Shown here in pieces: positions 12,285 to 23,017 of a stretch of 64,000 bases of DNA (positions are counted from its first letter, which is position 1; each line of letters opens with the position of its first letter). Made by a program: the position numbers and the translations under genes. Under the pieces are notes generated by a model. That model was given only the letters and a program-made list of their open reading frames with translations. It did not search any database and had not been told where the DNA came from. The stretch is from Somniosus microcephalus (taxonomy: Eukaryota). The stretch is taken from contig CM126209.1 in NCBI GenBank assembly GCA_052327205.1, forward strand, positions 43,152,001 to 43,216,000. Reading direction: 5' to 3'.

Positions 12285-12560
12285 AACAGGAAAAGGCCAT
12301 TAGGCCCATCCTTTTCTCAGAGATCAACCCCATCTGCACTCCTCAGCATAATCCCTTCTCTCTCCGCCTGTCTCTTGAACCCATTTATATTGTCGACTTC
12401 AGTGCCCTTCCCTGTTATACAACTCCACAGGAAAAAGCTCTGCCTAACTTTCCTTCTTACTTCTAACCTCCTAATATTTAGTTTATGTATCCTAGTATTG
12501 GAACCCTTCACCATTATGAACAATTTGCTTCCATCAATTTTGGCAACTCCTTTCAGAGAA
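12285..12560 (-). mobile_element. Old CR1 3' fragment
   Basis: Minus ORF 12317-12580 contains KLFIMVKGSNTRIHKLNIRR..VRQSFF, a decayed CR1 C-terminal motif. Confidence 0.65.
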
Positions 12561-12715
12561 TAGATGAAAAAAGAACACATGACTGCCCTTCGGACCTCCC
12601 AAAGTACTTTACAGTCAATGGATTACTTTTGAAGTGCAGTCATGTTATTATGTAGACAAACCCATAGCCAGCTCACAGTTTTTTTTGCAGCATATCGTTT
12701 TTGCTCTTTCCTTAC

Positions 12716-12890
12716 CTAACCTGCTCCCCCCAAAGTGATTGTCCAGGATAGCAATGGGGCAGCTGAGCTCATGGGCTGCGTTATGGACATTATCAATGAA
12801 CCCGAGCACCACTCACAATAAGGTGAGTTTGAATACTGTTGAAAGTGCTCCCAGCCTGTTCCCCGTCCCAGTCGAAAACAGTGAAATTCA
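12716..12890 (-). other. Candidate alternative exon of the CtBP gene (two tandem donors)
   Basis: Acceptor CTTCTATTGTCAG| at 12890; donors CAG|GTTAGG (exon end 12721) and TAG|GTAAGG (exon end 12716); ATG at 12790 gives 23 codons plus 1 nt to the first donor. Confidence 0.25.
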
Positions 12891-13069
12891 CTGACAATAG
12901 AAGCATAGCTGTGAGTTTCCAATTTAAAACAGTTAAAAGTAACAAAGAAACCTGCAATTATATAGCTCCTTTCACGACCTCAGAACATCACAAAGTGCCT
13001 TTACAGCCACTGAATTACTTCTGAAATGTAGTCATTGCTGTTATGTAGGCAAAGTCCTCCCTTTCTTTG

Positions 13070-13325
13070 TTAATTTTCTCCCGAGTCCTCCATTCTCCTG
13101 GTAACACCTTTCTGAGGCAGTCTTAGAGGCACCAGGCACCCTCTCTTAACTCATTCCAAACGGCTGTTCTTCAAGTGCAAGTCTAGGATATGAGTGCCAG
13201 CAGGCTATTTTACTGCAGTAGGTATCACAGCCAAGCCCAATCCTGTTGTTGCTCAATATCCACAGGTGCACAGTTCTAGGAAGGACTAGGATTCAATTCC
13301 AGGACCTTCCTAGTCTGTATGGCAC
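13070..13325 (-). mobile_element. AmnSINE2-like tRNA SINE, internally deleted
   Basis: Head CAGACTAGGAAGGTCCTGGAATTGAATCC on minus; body homologous to copies at 17100-17490 and 61170-61520. Family name from recall. Confidence 0.55.
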
Positions 13326-13334
13326 AGATAAACC

Positions 13335-13715
13335 ACTGCATTGGCTCCTGGTCTGGCAACGCTTCCATTTCAAAAGTCTCATCCTTGTTTTCAAATCCCT
13401 CCATGGCCTCGCCTCTCTCAATCTCTAGAACCTCCTCCAGCCTTACAACCCACCGAGATCTCTGCGCTCCTCCAATTCGGGCCTCCAGTGTACCCCCAAT
13501 TTTAATCGCTCCACCATTGGCAGCCATGTCTTCTGCTGCCTGGGCCCTAAACTCTGGAATTCCCTCCCTAAACTTCGCCGCCTCTCTATCCTCCTTTGTG
13601 AAGCTCCTTAGAACCTAACTCTTTGACCAAGCTTTTGGTCCCCTATCCTAATATCTCCTTACATGGTCCAGTGTCAAATTTTGTTTGGAAACGCTCCTGT
13701 GAAGCAACTTAGGAT
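13335..13715 (+). mobile_element. L2 LINE 3' fragment
   Basis: LHWLLVWQRFHFKSLILVFKSLHGLA motif; homologous to the reverse complement of 23040-23500. Confidence 0.85.
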
Positions 13716-14843
13716 GCAGGAGGAAACTAGCATATCACCGATATTACAGAAACTAAAAGCATAGTTATCCACATACAAGCAAATGTGCTAGGGCACCAGG
13801 ACACATTAAAAGAGCAATTACATTTTTGAAATAACTATACAAAAAATATTAAAATGACTGTAACATTCATTATATAGTGAACATCGTCAGGAGTTGAAAA
13901 TTACAACTGCCTGACTGCCTATCCAGGATGGCAAAAATATAATAAAAATATAGTGGCTTATGATTACTTGTCTTTGGTCCCCCATATACCTGATTGACAG
14001 TAATCAGTTTAAAAAGGGAGTCCTTTATACCCACCAGTATACCTTACAATGAAACAGTGGCACAGAATTATGACTAACTTTAAAATCTTTTTTTATAAAG
14101 TATATTTGTTAAACTTTTCAAACTGTTTTTGAAACAATGAGTTCTGCTATTATAGGGTGAAATTGTTGGGAGAATTACATTGTGACTAGTGGGAGGGATA
14201 TAAGTTAATGTACACAGCTAAAATGATGCAATTGCTTTAAATACCCTGGTTTGATGACTGTACCTCAATTCATGTTAATTCAGATCCATCACACTGATGG
14301 CCTTCCTAATTCTGGCTAATTGCACCTCCCCAGTGATGTCATCGACAACAAACATGCGAAACAGAATATTTTTAAAGAATAAAATCAGAGGAAAAGAACA
14401 AAAATTAAATGCAATAATAACTTTTTGAAACTGATTTTCAAAGAGTTAGCAACTCAAAGGCCTCTGTAATTAGTGGGACTCTAGCAGAGATCAAGGATTG
14501 GGTCTCTGCTGTGAAACGGTTCTCTGTGTCTATGCATCTGAGGTCAGTTCAGTTGCTTCCTGGACAGGTGCAATTTAATTGGGGCAACTGATTGCTTTAG
14601 CTCCTGATACCGACCCTACTAGCTGATGTCCCTTTCTCAAACAATATTCGCCTCTAATTTTCAACAAAGAATATTAGCACAGTGGAGAATACAGCTTAAT
14701 CAGGCTTCAAATATAATCATGGGGTATAATAAAGCAGTTTTCTCAAAGCAAGTAATATGCAATAAGCATTCAACACACTTGAAGAAATACTTGCATTTAT
14801 ATAGCACCTTACCACAGCTCAGAAATCTCCTGAAACACATGTA

Positions 14844-15185
14844 CAGGAAACTCTCTTTTAAGGCAGCTAAATATTCGGAAATCTCTCTTAACCGGCAAAA
14901 TTCAGGAGTAGGTTCAGGTAAGTTTTACTATATATTAGTGGCCGTGTAACTGGGGTTCCTGGATCTGTGGCCGTGTAACCAGGGTTCCTGCACCTGTGGC
15001 CGTGCAACAGGGAGTCCTGGATCTGTGGCCGTGCAATCGGGACTCCTGCACAAGTGCCGTGTAACCGGGGCTCCTGCGCCTGTGGCCGTGTACGGGGCTT
15101 TCGTACCTTGGTAAGTATACCTCTCTGTAATCCGGACTTTTTGATCAACCGGCACCACGCCGGTCCCGTATAAAAAAGTTTCCTG
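14844..15185. mobile_element. Tc1/mariner (Tigger/pogo-like) MITE, copy A
   Basis: TA|CAGGAAACT...AGTTTCCTG|TA; subterminal sequence matches the reverse complement of copies at 41749 and 53340. Confidence 0.85.
14938..15097 (+). repeat. 29-bp minisatellite, about 5.5 copies, inside the MITE
   Basis: Units GTGGCCGTGYAACNGGGNNTCCTGSANCT start at 14938, 14967, 14996, 15025, 15054 and 15082. Confidence 0.9.
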
Positions 15186-15489
15186 TACAATGAATTACTT
15201 TGAAGTGTAGAGGCCAAACACAGCAAGATCCCAGAAACAGCAGTTAGATGAATGACCAGTTAGCCAGGACACAGGATCTTTAACATAAGCCTGAGCTAAA
15301 AGAGCAAGCAGATGGAATGTTGGTTCAATATCTCATCTAAAGGATATCACCTCTGGAAATGCAACATTCGCTTAATACTGCACTAGAATGTCTGCTTAAA
15401 TTACGTGCTCAAGTTCTAGGGTGGGGCTTGAACCCATAACCTTCTGACTCAGAGGTGAGATTTAACAACTGAACTCAGCTGACACTTAA

Positions 15490-16076
15490 AGGTCCATTTT
15501 AACCCTATCTACCCGGCAGGAACCGGCAGTTAAAAATCACAGGGTGACTAACCCGCCGACGTCCCGCACCAATCTCACCGTCTTCTATTTTAATCTGCTC
15601 TTCTGAGCAGACGGCAAGGACACTGACCTGAATGACATCGTTGGGCCCCGGCTGGTAATTTAACTGTGGCCTGAATGGAGAAGCTGTTGCGACTTTCCCG
15701 CCAGGTGATGACAGTGGGAATAGGATCCAGGACCAGAAGAGGCCCAAACAGGCAAGAATGCTCCCCCAGGGCCCCACAAGAAAAGTTGAGGCCTTCCCCG
15801 CCCCGGGCTCCAACCTTCCCTCTCTCAATTCCCCCCAGAAATTCCCCTAGCTGCGGCTTTCCTTGTTGCCAGCCGATGACCTCCTGCCACCTGAAATTCC
15901 TCTCCCGCCAGCTAGCTGCCCGTTTGGACTAGTTGCATACAGATAAGGCCTGGGAGTTAAAATCGGCTGAACTGTGCGCTACCGAGGTCCGGGGGGGGGG
16001 GGGCGGGTGTGTGAAAGAGAGCTGGCACTCGTCCACCTCCCCCCACCCCACCCCTACTCCCAGTTAAAATCAAGGC
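15490..16076. mobile_element. Non-autonomous DNA element, Harbinger-like
   Basis: Ends AGGTCCATTTTAAC / GTTAAAATCAAGGC are imperfect inverted repeats; GC-rich interior with repeated GTTAAAA subterminal motifs. Confidence 0.55.
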
Positions 16077-17099
16077 TTCAAATGTAAATTGCACTGAATT
16101 TCTAAGTTTTACATTTGAAGTACAATACTTCTGCCCCATTTTTATATTTTAAACCTTGCTGCCTCTTCCCTTTAGAGTTGCTGAGCCACTCATCCAATAT
16201 ATAGAGAGAGCAGGTGGCCTAGTCCCAGATGCTACCTGATAGAAGGCGAGCGGCTTAAAGCCACTGAGGGAAGGGGGGGAGCGGTTCACCCTTTTCTTTG
16301 CCCTTTGTGTGACAAAACACCTTGACACCCGAGACTGGAAATTCAATAGGGAATTGCAGAGGACGAGGGGAAAGGAATGGGGTCAATGCTTTGCTACACC
16401 TTCATTGCTTGTGTATTTATGTTGCAGTGTAAGAAACTAATGCCTCCATCTGATTCGATTTTGTTGCCAGCTGCGTAAACAGACAGACAGACAGACAGAG
16501 GTGCTGCAGGTCCCTTTCTCCTTGGTTAAAGCTGCTCAACATGCTGAAGTGTGGTTCAGTGAACTGGTCCCCTTTAAGAGGAAACAACAAATTAAAGCAT
16601 GCAGCTGGAAATAATCTCCAGTCGTAATCAAATCCACAACCGTGGAATTTTTACAGCCATTCTTGTTCCCTCATTCCAGTTATTCTCAAATCTGTAGCTA
16701 TCAGATCTGATGAAAAACATCAGACAGAAAGGCAAATTTCAAAAAGCCCAATGTCTGCTTATTTGTTCTCTTTTAACTTTGCTTCAAAGCCACTTTTATA
16801 AAAGAACAAAGCATGATTACCCTCAAATGTGGATGTAACTTACTTTAACAAATTACGGGCAAAAAGGACTCTTAAGCTGCTTTAAATATATTTGATACAA
16901 AAGCAAAGAACAAATGAAAGACACGCCGTGGGAACGCTGCCTTTCTTTCACATCTTGCCGCACACCAGCATTGTTTTCCACCACAACAATCATTGGGACG
17001 GTCCCTTTGCCAAACTATAAATGAGCTGTGGCCGTAATGTATATAATATGATTAAATAGAACATGTTCATCATTTTGCCTTGGAATTCCATTCCCCTCC

Positions 17100-17490
17100 C
17101 CGCCCCCCCCCCTTCTAGTTCTCTCCTGAAGGCGTTGAATCATGTTAGGGTGCAATTTCGCAAGTGCCAGTTACCCGCCAGTACTTCACCCGAGTGCCCA
17201 CCCTTCATTCCTGAACCCTAACGAGTGCTAACGGGTTACTTGGCCAGAGGGAGAGTCACAGCCAAGCCTGATCTACTCCTCATTCATTGTCCATAAAGTG
17301 CATTTTTGCCAGCAGGGGCCACTGCAGAACAATGGGAGCAGGAAGCCTGGCTGATTTCTCTGATTCCTGCCCTCGAGGCCTTGCAGCCAACTGTTCTGTG
17401 CCTACTGCCACCCCAGACAAAAACTGACCATCTCAGCAGAGAATGGGGACTGAAGCCAGGACCTTCTGGGTCTGTTTGGTGGTGCACCAA
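17100..17490 (-). mobile_element. AmnSINE2-like tRNA SINE
   Basis: Homologous in reverse to 61690-62020 (AATCAGCCAG.CTTCC, CCTGCTG, GG.TGTGA); decayed B-box-like head near 17445-17475. Confidence 0.6.
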
Positions 17491-18682
17491 CCCACTGAGC
17501 ATTTCTTTTCATTCTGGACAAGAAGTCATACAGAAATGGATTAAAAATGACCTAAAACTTTTCAACCCCAAAAAAACAATCACAAATTCAACCTCAGGAT
17601 CAGAGGCCCTGCTAAATCAAACACAAAAGGATGTAAATAGCGCATGAATCCAAAATGGCTTTGCATAAATCATGGTCAATTAATGCCAAAGACTTGCATC
17701 AAGTGCATTGTTGTAGTTGCATACTTAAGTGAAATGACTTAAGGGATTTTACTGTTAAGAGTCCAGACTTGCTCATAATACACAATCACTAACTGAACAC
17801 TGGGAGATCTGTCTGCCACGATTAACTGGAAAAAGCTAACCACTATAGCAAATATCTTGATGGAGCAAACACTACTGGAGGCTGCTAAATTACTTCATAG
17901 GGGTATGAGTACAAAATGAAAGTGCTTTAGGAGACTAGATAATAACATTGCCCTAACAATGGGGGACACATATTTCTGTCCCAACCACTGGATGAGTACT
18001 CATGACCTCTCACTGATGGTTATTCAGAGGTAGAATTAATTTACACAAGTATATACATGTCTCTGGGCTATTGCTTGTCCTGATTAACTTTTACTTGTCT
18101 CAGATACAGTCGAAATAAGGTCAGATGCGGATGTACAAACACTTTCAGATCAGGCTGATTTTTTTTTGCCCTCTTTTGTCACAATTGAGCCACCTTCTAA
18201 TATAATTATCAAGAATGTATAGGCTGTGAAATAACCTCAGGTTCGATAATATAATCTTGGAAGAGTTGGCCTAAAGACAGGCAGCTGTACAAATAAATCT
18301 GTCCAGATTCCAGGACACTCTTGTTCACCCATTCCCATAAGTTCCAATTGGAAAAAGTGGGTGTAATAGATGACCCACTGTAGGTAGAGTCTACAAGAAG
18401 TATTGTAATCTGTTATGACAAAACAACGGCCTAAGCATACAGAGGGTTCTGTAGACCATTTTATGTAGCTACTAAATATTGTTTATTGAAACTAGAAAGT
18501 GTATTTTTTATCTTACTAAACATGAATGGAGACTACTTGTTAAGTATAAATTCAGAAACCACTCCTCAAAGGATTGTCCTGTAATAGTGCATGCCATTAC
18601 AAGAGGTGGGCAACTCCACCCTCTGTTCCACCCAGTGATAGATCTATTGGGCCATGTTGATTACTGTTACTGAACCAACAAA

Positions 18683-18869
18683 GGGGGGAAAACATTCTCT
18701 CAACTTTAACGGGGATGTAAAGCAGGCGAGACTGGGTCAGCCGCCCATTATACACTCCAGCTCGATTTACCTTTCCATTGACTTGGAAAGGAAAATCGGG
18801 GAGCGTATAACGGGCGGCCTATCTGCCATCACCCATTTTACACCCCCACCGGATGTTGAAAGTTCTGCC
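18683..18869. mobile_element. Palindromic MITE (long hairpin)
   Basis: GCCGCCCATTATACACTCC..GATTTACCTTTCCA-TTGACT-TGGAAAGGAAAATC..GGAGCGTATAACGGGCGGC; outer arms TCAAC..GGGGATGTAAA / TTTACACCCC..GTTGA. Confidence 0.75.
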
Positions 18870-19164
18870 TATTTCTCTGTACAAGCACATCCACACCACC
18901 CCTCCCAATAAATAACACAAGAGTTAGAATGTAAAATCGCAATTCATTTTTAAAATAACAATTTCATTGTAGTTGAGTGTTTAACGAGCATGTGCAGGCG
19001 AATAAAAGTCACAGTTGTTACTTGAATTTTGTGGCTGTGGGCCTTCTTCAGTGTGGGGATAGGAAAGGTCCGTGAAGGCCAGCAAGTGGCTTCCTGTGCA
19101 GGTTGAGGTGGCTGTATTATGTTTACCGGGCACTATTATCACCTCATTTATATTACAGCACTGA

Positions 19165-19588
19165 AAGAACTTTCATTTATATAGCACCTTTTACACCCTC
19201 AGAAAGTCCCAAAGCATTGCACAGCCAATTATTTTGCAGTGTAATACATGTTGCTGTGTAGGGAAACACAGCAGCCAATTTTCACATTGCAAGATACCAA
19301 ATGATAGGTTAATCTGATTTGGTCTTGCTGATTAAGGGAGGAATGTTGGCCAGGACACCAGGAAAACTCCCTGCTTTTCTTCGAATAGTGCCACGGGATC
19401 TTTTACGTTTGTCTGAACACAGACAGGGCTGTGATTTAACATCTCATCCAAAAGACTGTTCCTCCATCAATGCAGCACTCCCTCAGTACTGTGCTGAAGT
19501 GTCAGCCTAGTTTTTGTACTCAAGTCCCTGGAGTGAGGCCTGAACCCACAACTTTATGACTCAATTACCACTGAGCCAAGCTGACACT
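19165..19588 (-). mobile_element. SacSINE1/DeuSINE-like SINE
   Basis: Colinear with 955-1423 from tail (CATTTATATAGCACCTTT) to head (CACTGAGCCAAGCTGACA). Confidence 0.85.
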
Positions 19589-19762
19589 GCTATTATAGAT
19601 GAAGCAAAATGCAACCTAAGATCTAGTCTAGGTTTTCATTTGTTCTTCCACCTACAGCTTAGCAAAGCTGCCAGCCCAGTTTAGCAAATCTAATGAGCTC
19701 GGGATTCTTCAATAATTACTTGCACTATTGCTGAAGACCAAATGACTGTACAATCTGCTTAC

Positions 19763-19820
19763 CTTCACAAATTCGATCCAATCGTTGCCGCTTCACTTTG
19801 TGCTTGTCCATCAGAGACAT
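19763..19820 (-). CDS. CTBP1: First coding exon of C-terminal-binding protein (CtBP); CTBP1 favoured over CTBP2
   Basis: ATG at 19820 gives MSLMDKHKVKRQRLDRICE-G, then donor AAG|GTAAGC: 58 coding nt, phase 1, matching the known CtBP N-terminal exon (human CTBP2 MALVDKHKVKRQRLDRICEG). The LMDK variant is recalled from non-mammalian CtBP1; paralogue assignment is uncertain. Not present in the ORF track. Confidence 0.88.
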
Positions 19821-19931
19821 CAGCGATGCTACTTAATGAATTCCTTTCAATATAACAAGCAAACAGCGTTTGAGGTGTTCACAATTCAGATGAATCCACA
19901 GGAGCTCAAGTGCATAACTCTAATCCAAATC
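19821..19931 (-). other. CTBP1: 5'UTR portion of the CtBP exon, containing a short uORF (19886-19915)
   Basis: Acceptor TCAAATTTCCTTTCAG| before 19931; uORF ATG CAC TTG AGC TCC TGT GGA TTC ATC TGA. Confidence 0.7.
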
Positions 19932-21834
19932 CTGAAAGGAAATTTGAAGACACAAAAGTAGTCAGTGAAACTGGAACCACACGGACAATTAAAATAAAGC
20001 CTACACTAAGATGGTGAAAAACAACAAGAACTCTTAGAATGTTGCGCGACATCATGTTTTTGTTAGGATATCCCAACATCCCATAATAAAAATAGTAAAT
20101 TAAATTTACAAATACACAGCAAAGCGTAACTTCAATCAAAAATCTTTTTGCCTTTGTGTTCTATTACTAAACACCATACAGGATGAGAAAATTTCTTGCT
20201 TTCTGATCAGCACAGAGAAGGCTTTTCTCTTGCTTATACAATGAAACATTTAGTGGGAAAGTGACCATGTGCAGCATTTCCAGTCATTTAAAGGTTAACC
20301 AACCTATTCAGTGTGCAACAAAGCCTTGTGCCTCACATACACAAAGCCAAGACTACAATAGTTCTCAGCTAGAACACTGGCTAAATCAAGGTCAGAAGCC
20401 TTCCTCATATCTTGTGACCTTTGCTGCGACCATAATAATTAGATGTCCATGAAACTCTGTGAGACCTTCATTAATAAGCAGTTCAACAGCTCAAGTAGAT
20501 GCCCAAGAAACCGGGTTACCATTTGTACTCTCAGCCAATCCACCGCCATAGTAAACGGAGGTCAAGGGTTAAAATCTATGCTGATCTTGATGCAAAGCTA
20601 GAGGTAAATATGTAACTAAAACCCATACATGCTTTCCTTGTGATGCATTTATTAACCGTTCAAGTAATGCGCTGACACGTTACTGGAGTAGAACTCAGAC
20701 TCAATTAAGCTGTGCTACATACCACTGCATATCATCGCATCCTGCTGTCACTACTGCAATTGTATGATGTAATCTCAGACCAATCACAATACAGAATGAG
20801 TCATTTGACTGATGGATATTCAAGCAATGCAATAACCTCCTTTGCTTGAGAGAGTATGAAGCTCATGTGTTGATTAAATACATTGTTCAGCCCAAGAAGG
20901 CCCAGGATAAATAGACACTATTGCTGTTATGATCTTGTGAGAACAAAGGTTAAGTTAGAACAAGCTCACTTAGATTAGTGCTGGAATTTGAAAGGCCATC
21001 CACAAGTATTTGTCATTATACATCATGTTTTTTCTTCCACTACAGTCTCAGAAGTGTTTATGTTGACTTTTATGAAGTAGTGACGTTAAATTCACTAAAC
21101 CTCGGAAACAATTTGTGAGTGATCACAAGCAGTAGTAACACAAATTGTTGCAAGAAACCTACCTAATTCCCAATTTTCACAGTCCATGTTACTGCCATTA
21201 TTTGAAAACACTTCAATGGTAAAAGAAATGGACTTAAAAGAAAAAGAAAATTGTGTTGGGTGTACGGCAAACACTGTAGTCAGCAATAATCAAAATTACC
21301 ATCAGACTGGGGCCAGTGGAGCTGACTGAGAGACGGTGCTATATACAACTACCTAACATATGGCTTCAATTTTCTTTAGTTTAAGATAACAGGACGAAAA
21401 GAAACAATTTCTGGTAAAAAGCTGTTGTCACCACACTGAAACAATTTGCTCCAAGCTCTCAGGTCAATGCACACCATGTCGGCTGCTGGGGAAGATGGTG
21501 CCGCAGCATTGCATCTTTTACAATGTGGCTTTCACTGATTATTTTAGACTTTATCTACTTTTAAGCCGACACAGCATAATTGTTGTAAATACCTGTGGTG
21601 ATATCATTTCACTATGAAATCACTGACCCTGCTTTTGCAAGTTCCAGCATTCACAAAATCAGTAAAGTATCAGTACTTGCAACATTCAGAAGACTCTACA
21701 TTCAGGGGAATTAGATTTTCAATAGTATGGTGGGTGAGAAAAGCCAACAGATTTAAATAATTTGACCAATATATTTAGTAAGATCAAATTAGCATTGCCG
21801 TCCATTGACCAATTAAAGGTACAAAGACTTTAAT

Positions 21835-22145
21835 AGCACAGAAGGAAGCCATTCACCCCATTGTGCCTTTGCCAGCTCTCAAAAGAGTTTTCCACTTCAT
21901 GCAATTCTCCTGGCCTTGTTAAATTTAATTTTTCAAATATTTATCTACTTCCTTTTTAAAAGCAATTATGGAGTCTTCTTACACCACTGCTTCTGGTAAC
22001 AACCCTGTGTGAAATAAATTCTTTTAACCTCTCTGCCTTTATTCTTTTGGCGATGATCTTAAATTTATACCCCTTAGTTACCAGCACACTAACCAGTGGA
22101 AATACTTTTTACCTTTATTGGATCTCCTCATAACCTTCTTTGTTT
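21835..22145 (-). mobile_element. Old CR1 3' fragment
   Basis: AGCACAGAAGGAAGCCATTCACCCATTGTGCC... homologous to 5630-5950. Confidence 0.7.
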
Positions 22146-23017
22146 TAATTAAATATAACATTACTTGTAGATCACAATGTATGCAAAGACCCCATAGACA
22201 TTGAAAATAAATGCAGTATCTCAGCTTTCTGTCAGTCTAATTACTAAGCCAGACAACCATATTTACTAATCCAAGACCAGTTTGCTGTTAGAGCTGATTG
22301 GATCATTATATGGTATTGTAATCCTGTAAGTACCTGAACTGCCGTATTAGTAACACAGCCAAAGGAAATGTCTCTTAACGCCCAAGATACTTGAAGGACT
22401 GTTAACGCGCTGGTGCACAGTATTAAACTGTATAACCAGCCAGGGAAATGTAGGACATACTCAATCATTGCACAGAACTTGTACTAGAACAGTTCCACTG
22501 ATACTTAACATATAAAAATAACAGTATTCATTAACATGCTCTAGAAGACAGGCTACCTGATCATTCAGAATGTAGATTTATGTCAGGGGAAATAAAGTAC
22601 ATTTTAATAATTAAAGGATTTCTATTTATCTGCTGGAACAATTAAAGAGACTATCCTGTCCAAGTGCTTCCAGAAGAGGACAGTAATATAATTTGAGCTC
22701 TTGAATTGCTATGCCTTTTTAATGCCGAAGATTACAGAGCTGAAGTGGAGAAATGCATAGAACCTGGCTCCTTTTCTGCAGTTGTTCTGAATGAAGTCGG
22801 TTTATTTCTATCATATTCTGCACATAAAAAAGAAAGCTATTTTTCATCCCAAAGCATGCAGCTGATTTTTACGTCAGCCATGTGAAGGATTGAGTGGCAC
22901 AATGTGTTGCAAACTAAATTGTCCCTTCTGCTCTGAAAACATTGTTCAAATCCCATCCGGAAGGAAGGGATCAAAGACAGACTTTACAGTCTACTCCTGA
23001 TAATTCCGTTATTTTAT

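Larger units (their letters stand above)
14785..15485 (-). mobile_element. SacSINE1-like SINE split by a TA-flanked MITE
   Basis: Tail ACTTGCATTTATATAGC at 14789; body resumes at 15188; head GGGCTTGAACCCATAACCTTCTGACTCAG near 15425-15485. Confidence 0.75.

Noticed and set aside
14938-15097. 29-bp repeat array resembling CRISPR
   Set aside because: Units are head-to-tail with no unique spacers, lie inside a MITE, and there are no cas genes; the context is eukaryotic.
16707-16733. CTGATGA...GAAA as a further hammerhead
   Set aside because: The intervening bases cannot form stem II; TCTGATG instead pairs with CATCAGA; no stem I or III.
1-19762. Next CtBP exon (IRP.IMNGP.HPRPLVALLDG) or a RIBEYE A-domain exon
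   Set aside because: Not found by eye and no long non-TE ORF is present; presumably beyond the left edge, so the paralogue cannot be fixed from this window.
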